A stretch of 64,000 bases of DNA from positions 3,436 to 67,435 of the forward strand of contig JABJEI010000014.1 of the NCBI GenBank assembly GCA_018663245.1, given 5' to 3'. The stretch comes from a bacterium. GTDB lineage: Bacteria > Babelota > Babeliae > Babelales > JABJEI01. Made by a program: the position numbers and the translations under genes. Positions 13,001 through 22,461 of the stretch are shown in pieces. The notes beneath the pieces are model-generated. The model was not told the origin of the DNA and ran no database searches. It saw only the letters and a program-made list of their open reading frames with translations. Every line of letters starts with the position of its first letter. Position 1 is the first letter of the stretch.

Positions 13001-13690
13001 TTACAGATCGTCAACATTGACTTGAACCCCTGGGCCCATAGTCGATGAGACAGTCACTTTTTTAACAAACTTACCCTTTGCTACAGCCGGTTTGGATGCA
13101 ACTAGGGCCTTAATAAATATCGCAACATTTTCATAAAGCTGGTCAATTTCTAGCGATTTTTTACCAATCGACATGTGAATTGAGCCACCCTTGTCATTTC
13201 TGAAAAACTTACGCCCCTGCTTAAGCTCTTTTACAATACCCATATCAAATGTGACTGTACCCAACTTTTTGTTTGGCAACAATCCCTTTGGTCCGAGTAT
13301 TTTTGCAAGCTTACCAACACCGGCCATTACATCCGGTGTTGCAACAGCAAAGTCAAAATCAAGCCATCCCTTGGAGACCTTTTCTAAGAGATCGTCCAAG
13401 CCCACATAATCGGCTCCAAGATTTTGAGCTTTTTCAGCGTGCTCACCTTTAGCAAAAACCAAGACACGAACAGCTTTGCCCGTACTGTGCGGTAATGTAA
13501 CCGCACCACGAACAACCTGATCGCTCTTAGTAGCATCAATGCTCAAATTTATGTCTATATCAACAGACTCATCAAATTTTGCCGTAGCGCGCTCCTTGAC
13601 CTGTGCAAGACCTTCGCGCAATGGTAAAATTGCATCCTGCTCAAGGCCCACTTTGGCCTGCCTGTATCGTTTACCGTGCCGTATCATCAA
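13001..13690 (-). CDS. rplA: 50S ribosomal protein L1
   Basis: 229 aa with ..FDESVDIDINL..DQVVRGAVTLPHSTGK..RVLVFAKGE.., typical of L1. Confidence 0.97.
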   Translation of the reverse strand: MMIRHGKRYRQAKVGLEQDAILPLREGLAQVKERATAKFDESVDIDINLSIDATKSDQVVRGAVTLPHSTGKAVRVLVFAKGEHAEKAQNLGADYVGLDDLLEKVSKGWLDFDFAVATPDVMAGVGKLAKILGPKGLLPNKKLGTVTFDMGIVKELKQGRKFFRNDKGGSIHMSIGKKSLEIDQLYENVAIFIKALVASKPAVAKGKFVKKVTVSSTMGPGVQVNVDDL

Positions 13691-13705
13691 TATCCTCTAA
13701 CGCAA

Positions 13706-14131
13706 TCAGTCAACAATTTCTATACCCATTCTCAGGGCGGTTCCCGCAACAATTTTCTTGGCCTGCTCAACATCAATAGTGTTGAGATCTGGAAGCTTTA
13801 TGTTTGCAATTTCAGTGAGGTCATCCCACGTCAATGTGCCAACTTTTTCTTCCTGAGGCCGCGAAGAACCCTTTTTAATACCTAACTTTTTGCGCAACAA
13901 CTCCGAAGTTGGAGCTGTTTTAAGGATAAAGTCGAAACTTCGGTCCTTGTAAACCGTGATAACAACAGGAACGGTTTGACCTTTCCTATCGGCGGTTTTG
14001 GCATTAAATTGCTTGCAAAACTCCATGATGTTGACGCCTTGCTGGCCCAACGCAGAGCCTACCGGTGGTGCCGGCGTTGCCCCGCCTCCCGGTATTTGCA
14101 ATTTAAGTTTGCCTTTGATCTCTTTTGCCAT
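13706..14131 (-). CDS. rplK: 50S ribosomal protein L11
   Basis: 141 aa with [34 protein letters not shown], typical of L11. Confidence 0.97.
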   Translation of the reverse strand: MAKEIKGKLKLQIPGGGATPAPPVGSALGQQGVNIMEFCKQFNAKTADRKGQTVPVVITVYKDRSFDFILKTAPTSELLRKKLGIKKGSSRPQEEKVGTLTWDDLTEIANIKLPDLNTIDVEQAKKIVAGTALRMGIEIVD

Positions 14132-14159
14132 TATGCAGTCCTTACTTGGAACAAGAGTT

Positions 14160-14735
14160 CTAGTGCTTTACTTGATTAAAACTAAGCTCAACAGGTGTCA
14201 TGCGACCAAAAATAGTCACCATAACCGTTAGCTTTTCATTTTCCGTATCCACTTTCTCTATAAGGCCAACAAAGCCAGAAAATGGACCTTCAACAATATC
14301 AACCTCGGAGCCGATATCAAATTCGACAACCTCAGTCTTAATAACAACTTCACCCTTCATCTGCTTGACGACACGTTCAACTTCTTTCTTAGAAAGAGAT
14401 ATTGGATCCGTACCACCAAGAAATCGCAAAACGCGACGGGCAGTGTTTACAACCTTTATAGCCTCAGGACATGAAATCATTTCTACCAAAAGGTAGCCTG
14501 GGAATAATTGCTGATCCTTGCTGTCTTCTTCGGTAAAAAAACTTTTTACGCGTGCAGACGGCACAAGAATTTGCCCAAACATATCTTGAACACCTGCATC
14601 TCTGATGCAGCATTCAATTTCTTTTTGAGCAGCAGCTTCATACCCAGCAAAAACCTGAGCAACATACCAGCGCTTAACTGGTTCTGTAATTTGTATATTT
14701 TCTTCAGCCCTAGACACTTGAAAGCACCTTACCAA
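14160..14735 (-). CDS. nusG: transcription termination/antitermination factor NusG
   Basis: 191 aa with [13 protein letters not shown] (NGN domain) and a C-terminal KOW ([18 protein letters not shown]). The track start at 14735 is TTG; GTG at 14717 is an alternative. Confidence 0.95.
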   Translation of the reverse strand: MVRCFQVSRAEENIQITEPVKRWYVAQVFAGYEAAAQKEIECCIRDAGVQDMFGQILVPSARVKSFFTEEDSKDQQLFPGYLLVEMISCPEAIKVVNTARRVLRFLGGTDPISLSKKEVERVVKQMKGEVVIKTEVVEFDIGSEVDIVEGPFSGFVGLIEKVDTENEKLTVMVTIFGRMTPVELSFNQVKH

Positions 14736-14904
14736 TACCTAGCGCTAGCAAAGTATCAACACCACCGAGATAAACAATAAAAAAAGAAACGAGTATTAAA
14801 GTTATAACAGTCGAACCAATTAAATCTCTATATGTCGGCCATTCGACATGAGAAAGTTCAACTACTACTTCAGAAAAATACTGCGTCAGACCCTTTATGG
14901 ACAT
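14710..14904 (-). CDS. secE: preprotein translocase subunit SecE
   Basis: The track ORF 14710..15033 is over-extended across tRNA-Trp. From ATG 14904 the 64-aa product MSIKGLTQYFSEVVVELSHVEWPTYRDLIGSTVITLILVSFFIVYLGGVD.. has the single-TM SecE architecture. Canonical tRNA-Trp-secE-nusG synteny. ATG 14916 is also possible. Confidence 0.8.
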   Translation of the reverse strand: MSIKGLTQYFSEVVVELSHVEWPTYRDLIGSTVITLILVSFFIVYLGGVDTLLALGIGKVLSSV

Positions 14905-14953
14905 CACATACCACATATCGTCTACATTGACGTTTATAAAATACCGTACAACA

Positions 14954-15029
14954 TGGCAGGCCAGGAGGGACTCGAACCCCCAACCGGCAGATTTGGAGTC
15001 TGCTGCTCTACCAATTGAGCCACTGGCCT
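14954..15029 (-). tRNA. tRNA-Trp(CCA)
   Basis: Minus strand AGGCCAGTGGCTCAATTGGTAGAGCAGCAGACTCCAAATCTGC..GGGGGTTCGAGTCCCTCCTGGCCTGCCA. Anticodon loop is CTCCAAA. Confidence 0.9.
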
Positions 15030-15168
15030 CCATTACATTTCACCCTTGATCATATATAATTCTATCAAAAAAGAATCGCTTAGACCACCACATTTCGACA
15101 TATTTTGATAAAAGAGTCGAATATTGCGCCCTAAAAGGGGCATAGCCACACCTTAGAACGGTGAAGCC

Positions 15169-15244
15169 TGGAGCCCACGACTGGATTTGAACCGGTGACC
15201 TCTCCCTTACCAAGGAAGTGCTCTACCAACTGAGCTACGTGGGC
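15169..15244 (-). tRNA. tRNA-Thr(GGT)
   Basis: Minus strand GCCCACGTAGCTCAGTTGGTAGAGCACTTCCTTGGTAAGGGAGAGGTCACCGGTTCAAATCCAGTCGTGGGCTCCA. Anticodon loop is TTGGTAA. There is one C-A mismatch in the T stem. Confidence 0.85.
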
Positions 15245-15453
15245 ATCATACACAACTCTGTTCACCAGAGTACGCAAAAAGCGCTCTGCTTGCAAACAAC
15301 AAAACGTTTGTTAAGAATTTGATTCAAAACTAAAAATGGTTTGAAAAATGAAAAATTACTTAAAAAATTTCATCTAAGACTATATTTGATTAAATTACCT
15401 CGCGAATGCGAAGATCAAATTTTGGCTTACCGGGCTTAGCTTTACGCCAAACC

Positions 15454-15529
15454 TGGAGCTGGCGATCGGATTTGAACCGATGACCTGCTGATTACAAATC
15501 AGCTGCTCTACCAACTGAGCTACGCCAGC
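15454..15529 (-). tRNA. tRNA-Thr(TGT)
   Basis: Minus strand GCTGGCGTAGCTCAGTTGGTAGAGCAGCTGATTTGTAATCAGCAGGTCATCGGTTCAAATCCGATCGCCAGCTCCA. Anticodon loop is TTTGTAA. Confidence 0.9.
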
Positions 15530-15539
15530 CACCATAAGA

Positions 15540-15616
15540 TGGTGCGGAAAGCGGGACTCGAACCCGCAGCCTACAGCTTGGAAGGCTGTCGCTCTAGCCA
15601 ATTGAGCTATTCCCGC
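15540..15616 (-). tRNA. tRNA-Gly(TCC)
   Basis: Minus strand GCGGGAATAGCTCAATTGGCTAGAGCGACAGCCTTCCAAGCTGTAGGCTGCGGGTTCGAGTCCCGCTTTCCGCACCA. Confidence 0.9.
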
Positions 15617-15722
15617 AACAATCTTTTACATTCTTCGCTTTTTCAGTTAGCAACATTACTGTAACAACTAACAATAAAGCCTTTTTAAGTATGGCCTGCC
15701 ATTCCAAGCTTTACGCGAAGAA

Positions 15723-15807
15723 TGGTGGCGAGGGTAGGATTCGAACCTACGAAGGCTGAGCCAACGGTTTTACAGACCGTCCCCTTTGACCGCTCGGGAA
15801 CCTCGCC
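15723..15807 (-). tRNA. tRNA-Tyr(GTA), long variable arm
   Basis: Minus strand GGCGAGGTTCCCGAGCGGTCAAAGGGGACGGTCTGTAAAACCGTTGGCTCAGCCTTCGTAGGTTCGAATCCTACCCTCGCCACCA. Confidence 0.9.
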
Positions 15808-15915
15808 ATTAATTTTCACACTTTATTAGAGGCATTTACAGCTTACGCGATTTTAACCGCTCTTTCAACAAGAATAATGCTTTGCTTAAATGATGGCAAC
15901 TTCACAAGGCAACCT

Positions 15916-16140
15916 CTATTTTTCAAGCTCTTCGCGAACAATATCATGAACCTCTTCAATACAGCTATTACAACCAGTACCAACACCTAAAATATCAGAC
16001 AAGTCCGCAAAAGTTGTAGCGCCATCTTTAATAGCGGTAACAACTTCTGAATGCATAACCCCCATACAGATACAGACTAGATAATCAGGTTTTTGTTCCA
16101 ATGGACTATGCATTCGGGATCTCCGAACTACAAGAAACAT
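15916..16140 (-). CDS. BFD-like [2Fe-2S]-binding domain protein
   Basis: Reads ..YLVCICMGVMHSEVVTAIKDGATTFADLSDILGVGTGCNSCIEEV.., which has the CxC..CxxC spacing of bacterioferritin-associated-ferredoxin-like domains. The start may instead be ATG 16113. Confidence 0.7.
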   Translation of the reverse strand: MFLVVRRSRMHSPLEQKPDYLVCICMGVMHSEVVTAIKDGATTFADLSDILGVGTGCNSCIEEVHDIVREELEK

Positions 16141-16552
16141 TCATAACTCTAGATTCAAGACCGTCATATTCAATACTAACTTTGCATACCCGACCAACTA
16201 GTATTGATTGAATAACCCCGGGCCATTCAATCAAGCAAATCGAACCGGGCTCTTCAAGCATCTGATCAAACCCTAGCTCAACAAACCGCTCTACACTGTC
16301 AATACGATACAGATCAAAATGATGGAACAACAGGCCATCAACTCTATAGCTGTTAACGTATGCAAACGTTGGTGAGCTAACTACCTCTTTAACCCCACAA
16401 GCTTTAAGTAAATGTTTTATGAGCGTAGTTTTCCCTGCACCCAACTCGCCTTCAAAGGTTAGAATTGCTCCGGGCTTGCACTGATTCTTTAGCAGTTCTA
16501 CTGCCCTAGCAACCTCTTTAAGGCTATATTTAAGTTGTAATGGCATTGTCAT
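16106..16552 (-). CDS. tsaE: tRNA threonylcarbamoyladenosine biosynthesis ATPase TsaE
   Basis: 148 aa with the P-loop GELGAGKTTLIKHLL, then SPTFAYVNSY and HFDLYRI, which are YjeE/TsaE hallmarks. Confidence 0.88.
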   Translation of the reverse strand: MTMPLQLKYSLKEVARAVELLKNQCKPGAILTFEGELGAGKTTLIKHLLKACGVKEVVSSPTFAYVNSYRVDGLLFHHFDLYRIDSVERFVELGFDQMLEEPGSICLIEWPGVIQSILVGRVCKVSIEYDGLESRVMNVSCSSEIPNA

Positions 16553-17142
16553 AATTTATCCCAAATTTTGAGCAAAGCGCGATCTTTTTTTGACCGTCGG
16601 CCTTTGCCCCCGACTCCAGACTCAACTTTGATCATATCGCTGTTTTGCTTGTCTGGGGCATGCATCTCAGCAGCCTCTTGCATCAAACTATCAATGTCTA
16701 AATCTCGCTCTCCGGTCGTTTTAACAACATTAGTTTCTGGCTTTGATTGAGCATCTTTAGACTTTGAAACACTTGGTCTTGTTATTTTTTTATAAAAAAG
16801 CGGCGGATCAACGCAAATAACTTTTGACCTGCCCACATATTCGCACAAGGCGCGATCCTGACTAACAAGAACAATCTCTTTGGCTCCCAGCTCTTTTACG
16901 TGCTGCTTAATATATTCGTCAGCCGACATCGTCGAGCCAGCATATACAACTTCAATACCATGATGGCGTTCTTTTTCTGGATAGTTGCTGTGACCGCCAT
17001 CAAACACAATTACAATTGAATGGCGAGTTTTAGCATGATACTTGGCAACTTTCTTAACAAATGCATATCGTTCTTTTTCAGAAACATACACATCGTTGGT
17101 GAGTTGCTTTAGAATATTATAGCCATCAATAATAATAAACAT
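16549..17142 (-). CDS. YacP/Rae1-like NYN-domain ribonuclease
   Basis: N-terminus MFIIIDGYNILKQ.., then IVIVFDGG.., VVYAGSTMSADEYIK.. and VLVSQDRAL match the YacP-like NYN pattern as I remember it. Confidence 0.65.
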   Translation of the reverse strand: MFIIIDGYNILKQLTNDVYVSEKERYAFVKKVAKYHAKTRHSIVIVFDGGHSNYPEKERHHGIEVVYAGSTMSADEYIKQHVKELGAKEIVLVSQDRALCEYVGRSKVICVDPPLFYKKITRPSVSKSKDAQSKPETNVVKTTGERDLDIDSLMQEAAEMHAPDKQNSDMIKVESGVGGKGRRSKKDRALLKIWDKL

Positions 17143-17261
17143 ACTTCACTACTCCTTCCCTAAAGAACCCCCGTTGCCCTACACTTTTTAGTGTAGCGTA
17201 GTACATTACTGTATTGCAAAAGAAAAAACATAGCTGTACGCTTAAATAGCGGAGATTTAAT

Positions 17262-18134
17262 ATGTCACAATTAATTCAGATGAGACAGCGAATTAAAGCT
17301 GTCCAGACGATAAAAAAAATTACTCATGCAATGCGTCTTATTTCTATGTCGGTGCACTCTCGCCTTCGTACGAAGAAAGAAACCTTGCTTACATATCAAG
17401 ACAAGCTGATGAGTTTGCTAGATACAATTCGTGCAAGCGGAAAAGTTGTACATCCTTTTGTTGAAAGCGATCTACCAACAGCAAATCCTAAAGTAAAGAG
17501 TCTGATTATCATTATCGGCTCCCACAAGGGACTATGCGGAAACTTCAACACACAACTTTTTGATCATCTGATTAAAGAAATTGAGATTGATTCGTTACGC
17601 AAGCAGTATGACTGTATCCCAATCGGCCGCATGGCTATTGAGTTTGCAAAAGAACACAATCTAAAAGTTCTGCAACAATTCCGTGAATTAAGCGTCGCGA
17701 CTCTGCAGAACCTTTCTCTTGATATTTCTAAATCTATTTTTGATTTTGCAAAAACCTACAAAACTGTGACCGTTTACAGCAATAAGTCAAAAAGCTTTTT
17801 TGTTCAGACACCAAAAACAACAACTATCATTCCGTATAAAGAAGAAACAAAAACAGAAAACTCTAATCAGCAAATTTATGCTACCTGGCCACATGAGCCA
17901 CAAGAAATTTTCAACCACGTTCTAGGCCAATCGCTTGCAACTCACATGTATTACATACTGTTTGAATCATTGCTCTCTGAGCAGGCTGCACGTTTTGTTT
18001 CCATGGACAGCTCCACACGCAATGCTAAACAAATACTTGAAGATATGCAGTTGGAATACAACAAGCGACGTCAGGCCGACATCACTAAAGAATTAACTGA
18101 CCTTGCTGGTGCTCTAAGCGCTGAAAAGAAGTAG
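17262..18134 (+). CDS. atpG: F-type ATP synthase gamma subunit
   Basis: 290 aa with RIKAVQTIKKITHAMRLIS at the N-terminus, GLCGNFN, and the C-terminal SEQAARFVSMDSSTRNAKQILEDMQLEYNKRRQADITKELTDLAGA. Confidence 0.9.
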   Translation: MSQLIQMRQRIKAVQTIKKITHAMRLISMSVHSRLRTKKETLLTYQDKLMSLLDTIRASGKVVHPFVESDLPTANPKVKSLIIIIGSHKGLCGNFNTQLFDHLIKEIEIDSLRKQYDCIPIGRMAIEFAKEHNLKVLQQFRELSVATLQNLSLDISKSIFDFAKTYKTVTVYSNKSKSFFVQTPKTTTIIPYKEETKTENSNQQIYATWPHEPQEIFNHVLGQSLATHMYYILFESLLSEQAARFVSMDSSTRNAKQILEDMQLEYNKRRQADITKELTDLAGALSAEKK

Positions 18135-18145
18135 CAGTATAACCG

Positions 18146-19492
18146 CTACTTCTGAATATCATTTGTTACACTCAATTGGCCAACTACACAAGTAGAGCCA
18201 GATTGCGTATCAGATTTTGCTACTCTACTTTCTGAAATATTTGCACCAAGCTTACGAAGCTTCCCTTCAAAATTGGCAAATCCACGATGTAGATGGTCAA
18301 GCCCTGTTACAGTCGTAACACCTTGTGCAACAAGACCTGCTATAACAAGAGCCGCACAAGCACGAATGTCTGTCCCGATTACCGAGGCTCCGTACAATTT
18401 ATTCACTCCGTGCACATGCGCATACATGCCCTCATGCCTAATTTGAGCGCCCATTTTTTGTAGCTCACGTACGTGAATCATTCGATTTTCAAACACTGTT
18501 TCGCAAATACTACTCTCTCCCTTAGCTACAGCTTGAGCAACCATCATTGGTGCCTGCAAGTCAGTTGGGAATCCTGGATATGGTGATGTTTTAAACGAAA
18601 CAGCTCGTGGAGAGGATGTCGCTGTTAAATGAACTCCAACTCCATCACAACTCTCAACAACCACATGGCCCATTTCACGTAGCTTCTCAAGAAAAACACC
18701 CATCGAGTGTACTGGCGCATCTGGTATAGTAATTGACCCCTTTGTAATAGCAGCTGCAATTAGCAGCGCTCCTGCTTCTAGGCGATCAGGTATAACCGAA
18801 TGCTCAATGGGCCTTAGCTCTTGAACTCCCCGAACTATAATTGTTGCTGGAACCTGAACCGTAATATCAGCACCCATTTTTTTGAGCACTTCAACTAGAT
18901 CCAGAACCTCGGGTTCAACAGCCGCATTAACCAAAGTTATACTGCTGTTAGACAAAGCTGCAGCCATTAAAGCATTCTCTGTTGCACCAACACTTGGGTA
19001 CTCAAGAATAAGACGCGCATCACCAACCCGGCTCTGCCACTCAGCTTGAACCTTATTGCCGGACAATGTCACTTGAATTCCAAGTTGACGAAAGAGTTTA
19101 ATATGGAAGTCAATTGGACGGGAACCGATTACACAACCCCCCGGCATCGAAAGTTCAGCTTTGCCAAATCGAGCTAAAAGTGGACCCATAACCAGCACAG
19201 ATGCACGCATTTTTTGCATACGATGTTCAGATATACTGTGACCAAACACCTTAGAGGTATCAATATCTAGCACACCTAAATCGTGATCAAAAACAACCGC
19301 TGCGCCCAACTCCTTAAGCACCTCAATCATCTGCCACACATCACAAGAACTTGGCACATTGGTCAAACGCGATTTACCACGCGTAAGCAACAGTGAAGCC
19401 ATGATTACTAAAACTGCGTTTTTTGCACCCCAGAGACGTGTGGTTCCACGGAGTGGTGCCGATTCTTGTACGACCAGTTGCTGCTTACACAT
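18146..19492 (-). CDS. murA: UDP-N-acetylglucosamine 1-carboxyvinyltransferase
   Basis: 448 aa with GAKNAVLVIMASLLL, the active-site loop MPGGCVIGSRPIDFH, and PGFPTDLQAPMM. Confidence 0.95.
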   Translation of the reverse strand: MCKQQLVVQESAPLRGTTRLWGAKNAVLVIMASLLLTRGKSRLTNVPSSCDVWQMIEVLKELGAAVVFDHDLGVLDIDTSKVFGHSISEHRMQKMRASVLVMGPLLARFGKAELSMPGGCVIGSRPIDFHIKLFRQLGIQVTLSGNKVQAEWQSRVGDARLILEYPSVGATENALMAAALSNSSITLVNAAVEPEVLDLVEVLKKMGADITVQVPATIIVRGVQELRPIEHSVIPDRLEAGALLIAAAITKGSITIPDAPVHSMGVFLEKLREMGHVVVESCDGVGVHLTATSSPRAVSFKTSPYPGFPTDLQAPMMVAQAVAKGESSICETVFENRMIHVRELQKMGAQIRHEGMYAHVHGVNKLYGASVIGTDIRACAALVIAGLVAQGVTTVTGLDHLHRGFANFEGKLRKLGANISESRVAKSDTQSGSTCVVGQLSVTNDIQK

Positions 19493-19678
19493 GAAAATAC
19501 TTTCAGGAAGAAATTGGACCTATACCCTTTGCTGCTCAGGGTACACCGACAACTGCCCCCTTACAAGGGGCAATAGAAACTTTTATTTTTTTATAAGAAA
19601 ATTTGCAGATAGTTCCTACTTAAACTACAATTTTAGAATCAATTAACATCATCAACACACTCGAGGAAAAGCAGCACC

Positions 19679-20494
19679 ATGCGCAAATTACATATCATTT
19701 TAACCGTGCTTGTTATGGCCTTTTTTGTATCAACAAGCGAATCTACGCGTCGCATAAAAAAGTCGCATACAAATACGACAAATAACGTCTGGTCTATATG
19801 CAGAGCGATAGCAATTATAGAAAACAATAATCCTACAAATGATAATTATGCTCTAGCTTGTGCTTATCTATTTAGTCAAGATCCTAAAAAACATGGATCT
19901 AAAAAAGCAACCATAACACTTTACAAATCAATGACAGCTCTAAAAATAATTACTTCAAACTCACACAAGCAAATCAAAAAACAGACGAAGCTTTTTGATA
20001 GGCTCGCTATTCAAGCAGAAAGTAACGGACTATCCGATATAACCAAGTCCCTAAAATTTTTCAAAAAAAGTATACAGAAACCGTTCCAGGAGCTTACCTT
20101 TCAACCGATAGATCAAAAGCAATCAGAAGCAGATATCCGGCCTCCAAGTACAACGAACTACTCGTATAAACAAAATCAATCAAAAGCCAGTGCCCTACTT
20201 CCAAGTCCAACTAATTACTCGGATGAACAAAATAAAACAACTTTTAGAAAGTTAAAAATTGGAGAAGAATACAACAAAAGCCCTAAATATACCGAACATT
20301 TATCAATTACACTTAAAGCTATTATCGACTTAAGAAAGAATATGCTTGATTTAAAACAATCAAGTATGAAAATTCATACACAAACTGAATATGCATACCT
20401 ACAGACATATATCTGGGGAGAGCTTCAGTCTTTGAACCCCAAGTCTTATTCACAAAATATAAAAATCAGCTTCTCGGATGAGCCAAAAAAATAA
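19679..20494 (+). CDS. hypothetical secreted protein (K/N/Q/S-rich)
   Basis: Signal-peptide-like N-terminus MRKLHIILTVLVMAFFVSTSES. Contains the internal repeat PPSTTNYSYKQNQ / PSPTNYSDEQNK. No recognisable domain. Confidence 0.7.
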   Translation: MRKLHIILTVLVMAFFVSTSESTRRIKKSHTNTTNNVWSICRAIAIIENNNPTNDNYALACAYLFSQDPKKHGSKKATITLYKSMTALKIITSNSHKQIKKQTKLFDRLAIQAESNGLSDITKSLKFFKKSIQKPFQELTFQPIDQKQSEADIRPPSTTNYSYKQNQSKASALLPSPTNYSDEQNKTTFRKLKIGEEYNKSPKYTEHLSITLKAIIDLRKNMLDLKQSSMKIHTQTEYAYLQTYIWGELQSLNPKSYSQNIKISFSDEPKK

Positions 20495-20511
20495 ACTTAC
20501 TTGAGCAATTC

Positions 20512-21426
20512 TCAGACCGACTCACGCTTAGCCTTAACTCGCAACGTTCGTAATTCATCAAAGTAAAAAATACTTAACCCGATAAGCACAAATAACACAG
20601 CCAGGGCAAATGTCCACGAAAGTGTCTCGTGCAAAAAAAGAACCCCAAAAACGGCTATCCATAAAGGCCTAGTCAGTGAGGCCAACGACATAAAAGTAGC
20701 ACTGTAGAAACGATATAAGTAAGTGCACAGGGTATAACCGATTACATTGGTTATCAACACAAGCCCTATCAAAAACTTACCACCATAGTACCATTCAGAT
20801 GGTGCTGGTAGTGGTGCAAAAAATGGAATAGCACAAACGGTAATAAGACCTCCAACAAGCATCATAACGCTGTTAAGTTCCTTTGCACCGCATCCGGTTG
20901 AGCGCACAAACTCTTGAATTCTTAACCATCCATACCGGTTGGCAACATATGCAAAAACCAAAAGAGCCTCCGCCCACGAAAAACGTCCAATCAGCATCAA
21001 GCCTTCGCTGCCACCTTTTTCTAGCAAAACAATCAAAATGCCGCCCGAGGCAACCAAAATTCCAATAAACTGCTTAAATCTAATACGCGTACCGTACAAG
21101 CAGTAAACCAAAAAAACAGTAAAAATTGGATCTATAAAATAAAAGAACCCGACCTTTACGCTGGTCATGACCCGCAACAGTGCAACTTTAATAACTGGAG
21201 AAGTTACGGTAACAAGTAAAGCCAATTTAAAAATTGAGAACGGATGACGCGCTAGAAGGCGCAATGGATTGCTACCATGCATCAAGCGATGGAGAATAAA
21301 AAGTATCGTCCCGCCAGCTAATGAGCGAACAGCCAAAATAATTAGTGGGTGGAAATAAAAAACCGCACATTTCTGCATTGTCATGGTTGATGCAGCAAGA
21401 GCATACAATAAAAATACTAGTCCCAC
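20512..21426 (-). CDS. EamA/DMT-family transporter
   Basis: 304 aa with about 10 hydrophobic segments and a two-fold EamA-like layout. Paralogous to 22462..23388 and 41833..42762. Confidence 0.8.
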   Translation of the reverse strand: MGLVFLLYALAASTMTMQKCAVFYFHPLIILAVRSLAGGTILFILHRLMHGSNPLRLLARHPFSIFKLALLVTVTSPVIKVALLRVMTSVKVGFFYFIDPIFTVFLVYCLYGTRIRFKQFIGILVASGGILIVLLEKGGSEGLMLIGRFSWAEALLVFAYVANRYGWLRIQEFVRSTGCGAKELNSVMMLVGGLITVCAIPFFAPLPAPSEWYYGGKFLIGLVLITNVIGYTLCTYLYRFYSATFMSLASLTRPLWIAVFGVLFLHETLSWTFALAVLFVLIGLSIFYFDELRTLRVKAKRESV

Positions 21427-21542
21427 GGAACCTCTAATCGACCAACAAATACAATATACTTACGAATTTATAATAACGTTGTTCTCCTTACCAAGCAAAA
21501 CAAGTCCAAACAAAATATTTAATGATAAAACAACTAAGCCTA

Positions 21543-22385
21543 TTACTTTTCCAATTGAGCAAGAAGCTCACGTGCATGGTCCTTCATTGTTCCATCATCA
21601 GCTGTTGAAATTACTGCTTGAAAAAGCTTACGAGCTTGCACATGATCAGGCCGATCCATACCGTGCCCATACGTATACATTGTACCCAGAAGAGACTGTG
21701 CGCCAATTTTTGATTTGCTACAATGATTTTGCATAGATGCTGCCTGAAATAGCTCTTTAGCCCATACATGATCCGGCAGGTCCATACCTTTGCCATACAG
21801 ATACATCATACCTAGTTTATACTGGGCACAAGCCTTCATTTCCATATCGAAATTCTGATCAGATACCAAATCAAACAGTTTAAACGCTTGTGAATAATCC
21901 GGCCTATCGGCCCCAAGGCCCAGTTCATACATTTCACCCAGGCGACACTGAGAACCAATCTTGGCTTCCTTACTATCATCTTGCTCTGCTCCCGCTTGGA
22001 GCATAGCCAACGCCTGTACATAATTCGGCTTGTAGATACCAAGTCCCCAAGCATACATTTCACCCAGACGGCACTGAGCATCAGCCTTTGCCACCTTGTT
22101 ATCATTTTGTCTTACAACTTCTTGAAACAACGAAAGCGCCTGTACATAGTCCGGCTGCTCCATTCCATGACCAAAAAAACAGATTAGGCCAATATTATAT
22201 TGAGCAAGAGCCTTAATACTCTTATCATCATTTTGTGCGGCCACATGCTGAAATATCGCCAAAGCCCATTCGTAGTTCGGCTTATGATCTTCATCACCAG
22301 AAAAGTAGGCTACAGCAAGATCATACTCAAAAATAACATTACTTTTTTTGTTATAACTTTGCGAATCTTCTTCTTGAAACATCAT
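21543..22385 (-). CDS. Sel1-like repeat (SLR/TPR-family) protein
   Basis: Six or seven roughly 36-aa repeats of the form A(Q)..LG.MY..G.G...(P)(D/N)Y..A...(F/L)Q.(A)A.Q.., which is the Sel1 repeat signature. Confidence 0.85.
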   Translation of the reverse strand: MMFQEEDSQSYNKKSNVIFEYDLAVAYFSGDEDHKPNYEWALAIFQHVAAQNDDKSIKALAQYNIGLICFFGHGMEQPDYVQALSLFQEVVRQNDNKVAKADAQCRLGEMYAWGLGIYKPNYVQALAMLQAGAEQDDSKEAKIGSQCRLGEMYELGLGADRPDYSQAFKLFDLVSDQNFDMEMKACAQYKLGMMYLYGKGMDLPDHVWAKELFQAASMQNHCSKSKIGAQSLLGTMYTYGHGMDRPDHVQARKLFQAVISTADDGTMKDHARELLAQLEK

Positions 22386-22461
22386 AAACTCCTACTGACT
22401 ATCTTAAACAGCGATCGCTTAAAGCAACTCCCTGTCGAACATAGCGAAAAGTTAGAATAGA

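Noticed and set aside
14905-15033. N-terminal extension of the secE ORF (MEASGSIGRAADSKSAGWGFESLL..) and the ORF 15395..15601.
   Set aside because: Both extensions are translations of tRNA genes: tRNA-Trp, and tRNA-Thr plus tRNA-Gly. GFES-type peptides are the usual signature of a translated T-arm.
15030-15168. Missing tuf gene in the classical tRNA-Thr / tuf / tRNA-Trp-secE-nusG arrangement.
   Set aside because: The spacers here (about 140 and 210 bp) are simply too short to hold a gene, and no tuf remnant is visible. tuf location varies among bacteria, so this is not treated as an anomaly.
21383-22460. Track ORFs overlapping the Sel1-repeat gene (21383..21736, 21611..21796, 21836..22105, 21981..22187 and 22200..22460).
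   Set aside because: They are alternative-frame or antisense ORFs within or abutting a gene whose repeat periodicity clearly identifies the true frame.
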